Shown: positions 61,088 to 64,000 of the stretch, one piece after another | Position numbering within the stretch: the stretch's first letter is position 1 | Layout: each line of letters opens with the position of its first letter | Assembly: GCA_036630325.1 (NCBI GenBank) | Contig: CP142731.1 | Coordinates: 1,116,001-1,180,000, forward strand | Reading direction: 5' to 3' | Length of the DNA: 64,000 nucleotides | From: Vairimorpha necatrix | Taxonomy: Eukaryota | Translations under genes and position numbers: made by a program | The notes under the pieces: model-generated | Seen by the model: only the letters and a program-made list of their open reading frames with translations | Told to the model about the DNA's origin: nothing | Databases searched by the model: none

Positions 61088-64000
61088 ATGGTGGTAACGA
61101 TGATGAGGATAAGAGCGATGATCTCGACAACATCCTTTCTCAAATGAAAAAACTATGTCTTCAGAACAGATGGTTAGAATTTACCGGCGAAGATCTAAAC
61201 AAAGCCGAAGACTTTCTGTCTCAATTTCGAGAAATTGAAGATGTTTACTCTCAAGCGAAGACGCTAGATATTGCCAAGTCAAAACTAAAAGGCAAAGCGT
61301 TGAAATGGTTTAAAGCTTTTGAGGGCGAGGAGATTGTAGATTACGAGACATTCAAATCCCACTTTAATAAAAAATACCTTAAAAAAAAACTAGTGGAAGA
61401 CGTAACAGATCTATTCATGCATCTATACGTAGAGGGTCCGAAGGAAAGCGACATCTTGAGTTACGCTTATGACCTAAAAAGGTGTGCTAAAGGAAGCATT
61501 GAGCACTTTGAGAGATCTAAGATTGCGATTGGAAGAAACTCCCCCGAGATATTAAAGGAGGCGATCAGTGAAACCAAAGAGTGGATAGAGTTACTTGAAC
61601 TCGTAGAAGAAAAGGATTTTTTAATAAATAAATACCTAAAGAAAAGGAAAACTTTTTATAAAAAGTCACAGAATGAAGTAACCTGTCAAGAAATGAAAGA
61701 ATATAAAACTGTCCCCAAGAAAGCAGTACAGACAAATTCTTCATTAATTCTAAAGATAGGTAGAGTGGCTAAAAACGATAATTTTTCGGATGTCCGAGCA
61801 AGGATTAATTTTTTTTCAGGGAGAGAAAAGATTGCTGCGCTCATTGACACGGGAGCAGAAATTAATTGCATTAATAAAAAGAAAGCCCAATTATTGGGTC
61901 TGAATCCAAGAAAAGAGACGCTGAATATAGTAGGAGTGGGCGGTACAGTGAAATCAGAAGGCATAGTGGAATTTAGTGTCAAAGAGCCTAAAACTAAGAA
62001 ATCAAGAATAGTAGAAGCACATGTAGTAGCAAACTTACCAGAAGACCTTATTATTGGCCTCGCAGATGTTCTAAATCTGAACTTACTCAAAATTCTTGAT
62101 AAGATGAGAAATGCGTTAATAACGAAATCAGTCTGCACAACAACTCCCGAAGTACTCGAAACTCAAACTGTAGACGTCGGAGAAGAAGACACGGCACAGG
62201 AGGACAAAGAAAAATTTAATAAACTTATCTCAAAGTATCCAGCTGTTTTCTACAATAATGATTTAAAATCAAGCTTAGATATTGAACACGCCATAGAAAT
62301 AACAAATGACTTTTCGGAAGTAAGAAATATTCAATACAGAAGATCTCCAGAACAAAACGAGATTATTGAAAGTAAGATTCAAGAGTTTTTGAGTAAAGGA
62401 TTTATTGAGAACAGTGAATCAGACTATACTTCCCCGGTGGTTCTTGTCAAGAAACCTAATGGTGATATTAGATTTTGCATAGACTATAGAAGGTTGAATA
62501 AAATCACAAAGAAGATGATCTATCCTATTCCACTTGTAGAAGAAACTATAGAAGAATTACAAGGAGCATCTATATTTACAGTATTGGACTTGGAATCTGG
62601 GTACCATCAAATAAGAATTCGGGAAAAAGATAGATATCTTACAGCTTTTAGGAGTAGGACAGGAACGTTTCAATGGGTTAGGATGCCATTTGGACTCGTG
62701 AATGCACCCTTTACATTCCAGAAGATAATGAATTCTATACTGTCTCCGTACCTACATAAATTTGTACAAGTATATCTAGACGACATTATGATATACTCTA
62801 GATCGATTGAAGAGCACGTAAAGCACATTGAAGCAGTTTTTGAAATTTTAAACAAATTGAAATTGAAAGTTAATCACAAAAAATGTAAAATCGGAAAGAA
62901 TACGGTAAATTTTTTGGGATATACGATAAATAAGAATGGAGTAAGTATACCACTTGAGCAACAGACGAAATGTCTTAATTTAAAAATCCCAGCCACTCTT
63001 AAAGAAACTAGAGCCTTTATTGGGTTCATAAACTATTTTAGAAAATTTATAAGGAATTATACAGATATAATGGCTCCTATCTATGACTGCTTGAAGAAAG
63101 GTAAATTTAAATTTTCTGAAGAAGCAAAACAAAGTGTAGGGAAAATAAAAGAAATTATTACGAGCTCTCCCGTTCTCAAGTTACCGGACTTCAATAAGAG
63201 ATTTATCTTATACACAGATGCATCCAACCTTTACATAGGAGCAACACTGATGCAAAGATACGAGGAGACTGAAATGCCCGTATATTTTATCTCAAGGAAA
63301 TTAAATACTGCTGAAATTAATTACACCGTAACCGAAAAGGAATGCTTGGCAATAATATGGAGCATATCCCAGTTCCGGATTTACCTAACAAATACTTTTA
63401 CAATTCGAACAGATCATCAAGCCCTCAAATGGCTGCTGAGTTATAAAGAGAGCACTGGTAGATTAATGAGATGGATTCTCACACTCGAAAACTACTCATA
63501 TGACATCGAATATATTAAAGGCAAAGAGAACATTATAGCGGACGGACTAACGAGATTTGTTCATGTAGTAAATTATGAAGATGAACTAGAATTATCGGCC
63601 GAGAGTCGTAAAGAAATGATTTTAAAATGTCACGAAGAGTGTGGACATGGCAGTATTTATCCAACATATGCTTTAGTTCTCGATAAAACAAAATGGAAAG
63701 GTATGTACGCAGATATTAAACAGGAACTCGAAAAATGTCAGGTGTGTCTAAAATTTAATTTAAAAAGAACACCAAAGCAACATCATAGAATTCGACTCAA
63801 GGACCCATTTTCACTGATAGGAATTGATATGGTAGGTCCTCTACCTAAGTCGGAAAATGGGAAAACATATTTAATAGTCGCCACGGATTATCTAACAAGA
63901 TGGTGCGAAGCAAAAGCCGTAAGAAATAAATCGGCTAAGACGGTAGCTAAATTTATTTTTGAAGAAATAGTATGTAGACATGGTCCGCCCAACGAATTAC
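60949..64000 (+). CDS. Ty3/gypsy gag-pol polyprotein with protease (partial, runs off the window; absent from the ORF track)
   Basis: Open frame 1: gag LKGKALKWF, protease ALIDTGAE (DTGA at 61846-61857), RFCIDYRRLN, MPFGL, YLDD (62773-62784), YTDAS, RTDHQAL, integrase H..GH..CQVC and GIDMVGPLP. Confidence 0.93.
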   Translation, partial: MFFGGKILYIFPPTNIKEIHAQKGMKDNKKYGLKHSSRSVGKPTDHNGGNDDEDKSDDLDNILSQMKKLCLQNRWLEFTGEDLNKAEDFLSQFREIEDVYSQAKTLDIAKSKLKGKALKWFKAFEGEEIVDYETFKSHFNKKYLKKKLVEDVTDLFMHLYVEGPKESDILSYAYDLKRCAKGSIEHFERSKIAIGRNSPEILKEAISETKEWIELLELVEEKDFLINKYLKKRKTFYKKSQNEVTCQEMKEYKTVPKKAVQTNSSLILKIGRVAKNDNFSDVRARINFFSGREKIAALIDTGAEINCINKKKAQLLGLNPRKETLNIVGVGGTVKSEGIVEFSVKEPKTKKSRIVEAHVVANLPEDLIIGLADVLNLNLLKILDKMRNALITKSVCTTTPEVLETQTVDVGEEDTAQEDKEKFNKLISKYPAVFYNNDLKSSLDIEHAIEITNDFSEVRNIQYRRSPEQNEIIESKIQEFLSKGFIENSESDYTSPVVLVKKPNGDIRFCIDYRRLNKITKKMIYPIPLVEETIEELQGASIFTVLDLESGYHQIRIREKDRYLTAFRSRTGTFQWVRMPFGLVNAPFTFQKIMNSILSPYLHKFVQVYLDDIMIYSRSIEEHVKHIEAVFEILNKLKLKVNHKKCKIGKNTVNFLGYTINKNGVSIPLEQQTKCLNLKIPATLKETRAFIGFINYFRKFIRNYTDIMAPIYDCLKKGKFKFSEEAKQSVGKIKEIITSSPVLKLPDFNKRFILYTDASNLYIGATLMQRYEETEMPVYFISRKLNTAEINYTVTEKECLAIIWSISQFRIYLTNTFTIRTDHQALKWLLSYKESTGRLMRWILTLENYSYDIEYIKGKENIIADGLTRFVHVVNYEDELELSAESRKEMILKCHEECGHGSIYPTYALVLDKTKWKGMYADIKQELEKCQVCLKFNLKRTPKQHHRIRLKDPFSLIGIDMVGPLPKSENGKTYLIVATDYLTRWCEAKAVRNKSAKTVAKFIFEEIVCRHGPPNEL

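Larger units (their letters stand above)
60859..64000 (+). mobile_element. Ty3/gypsy LTR retrotransposon, conventional protease-containing family (partial)
   Basis: LTR, PBS and an uninterrupted gag-PR-RT-RH-IN frame. Confidence 0.93.

Overview
Very AT-rich, intron-poor eukaryotic DNA that looks microsporidian (Nosema/Vairimorpha-like). The evidence is a CCC-type motif just before most ATGs, a reduced BRX1, an SWP12-like BAR protein, Merlin transposons and short intergenic gaps; the taxon is inferred, not proven. A compact housekeeping island at about 15.8-23.8 kb holds a coiled-coil protein, an SWP12-like protein, BRX1 and a CHD remodeller. Around it is a TE-rich region with Ty3/gypsy elements, solo LTRs, RLE-type non-LTR fragments, Merlin relics and an expanded, partly pseudogenised family of putative secreted proteins. 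The main observation is two related, structurally complete Ty3/gypsy elements of about 3.2 kb (2326-5544 +; 35689-38863 -). Each has identical LTRs of only 49 or 48 bp, a 5-bp TSD, a PBS and a PPT. Each encodes a small gag with a CCHC knuckle plus RT, RNase H and integrase, but no recognisable aspartic protease; the reading frame is a single intact ORF in the second copy and is broken by one frameshift and one stop in the first. In three LTR families here, the likely start codon lies inside the LTR after a CCC motif, and in the three elements that retain a PBS the ORF reads through it.
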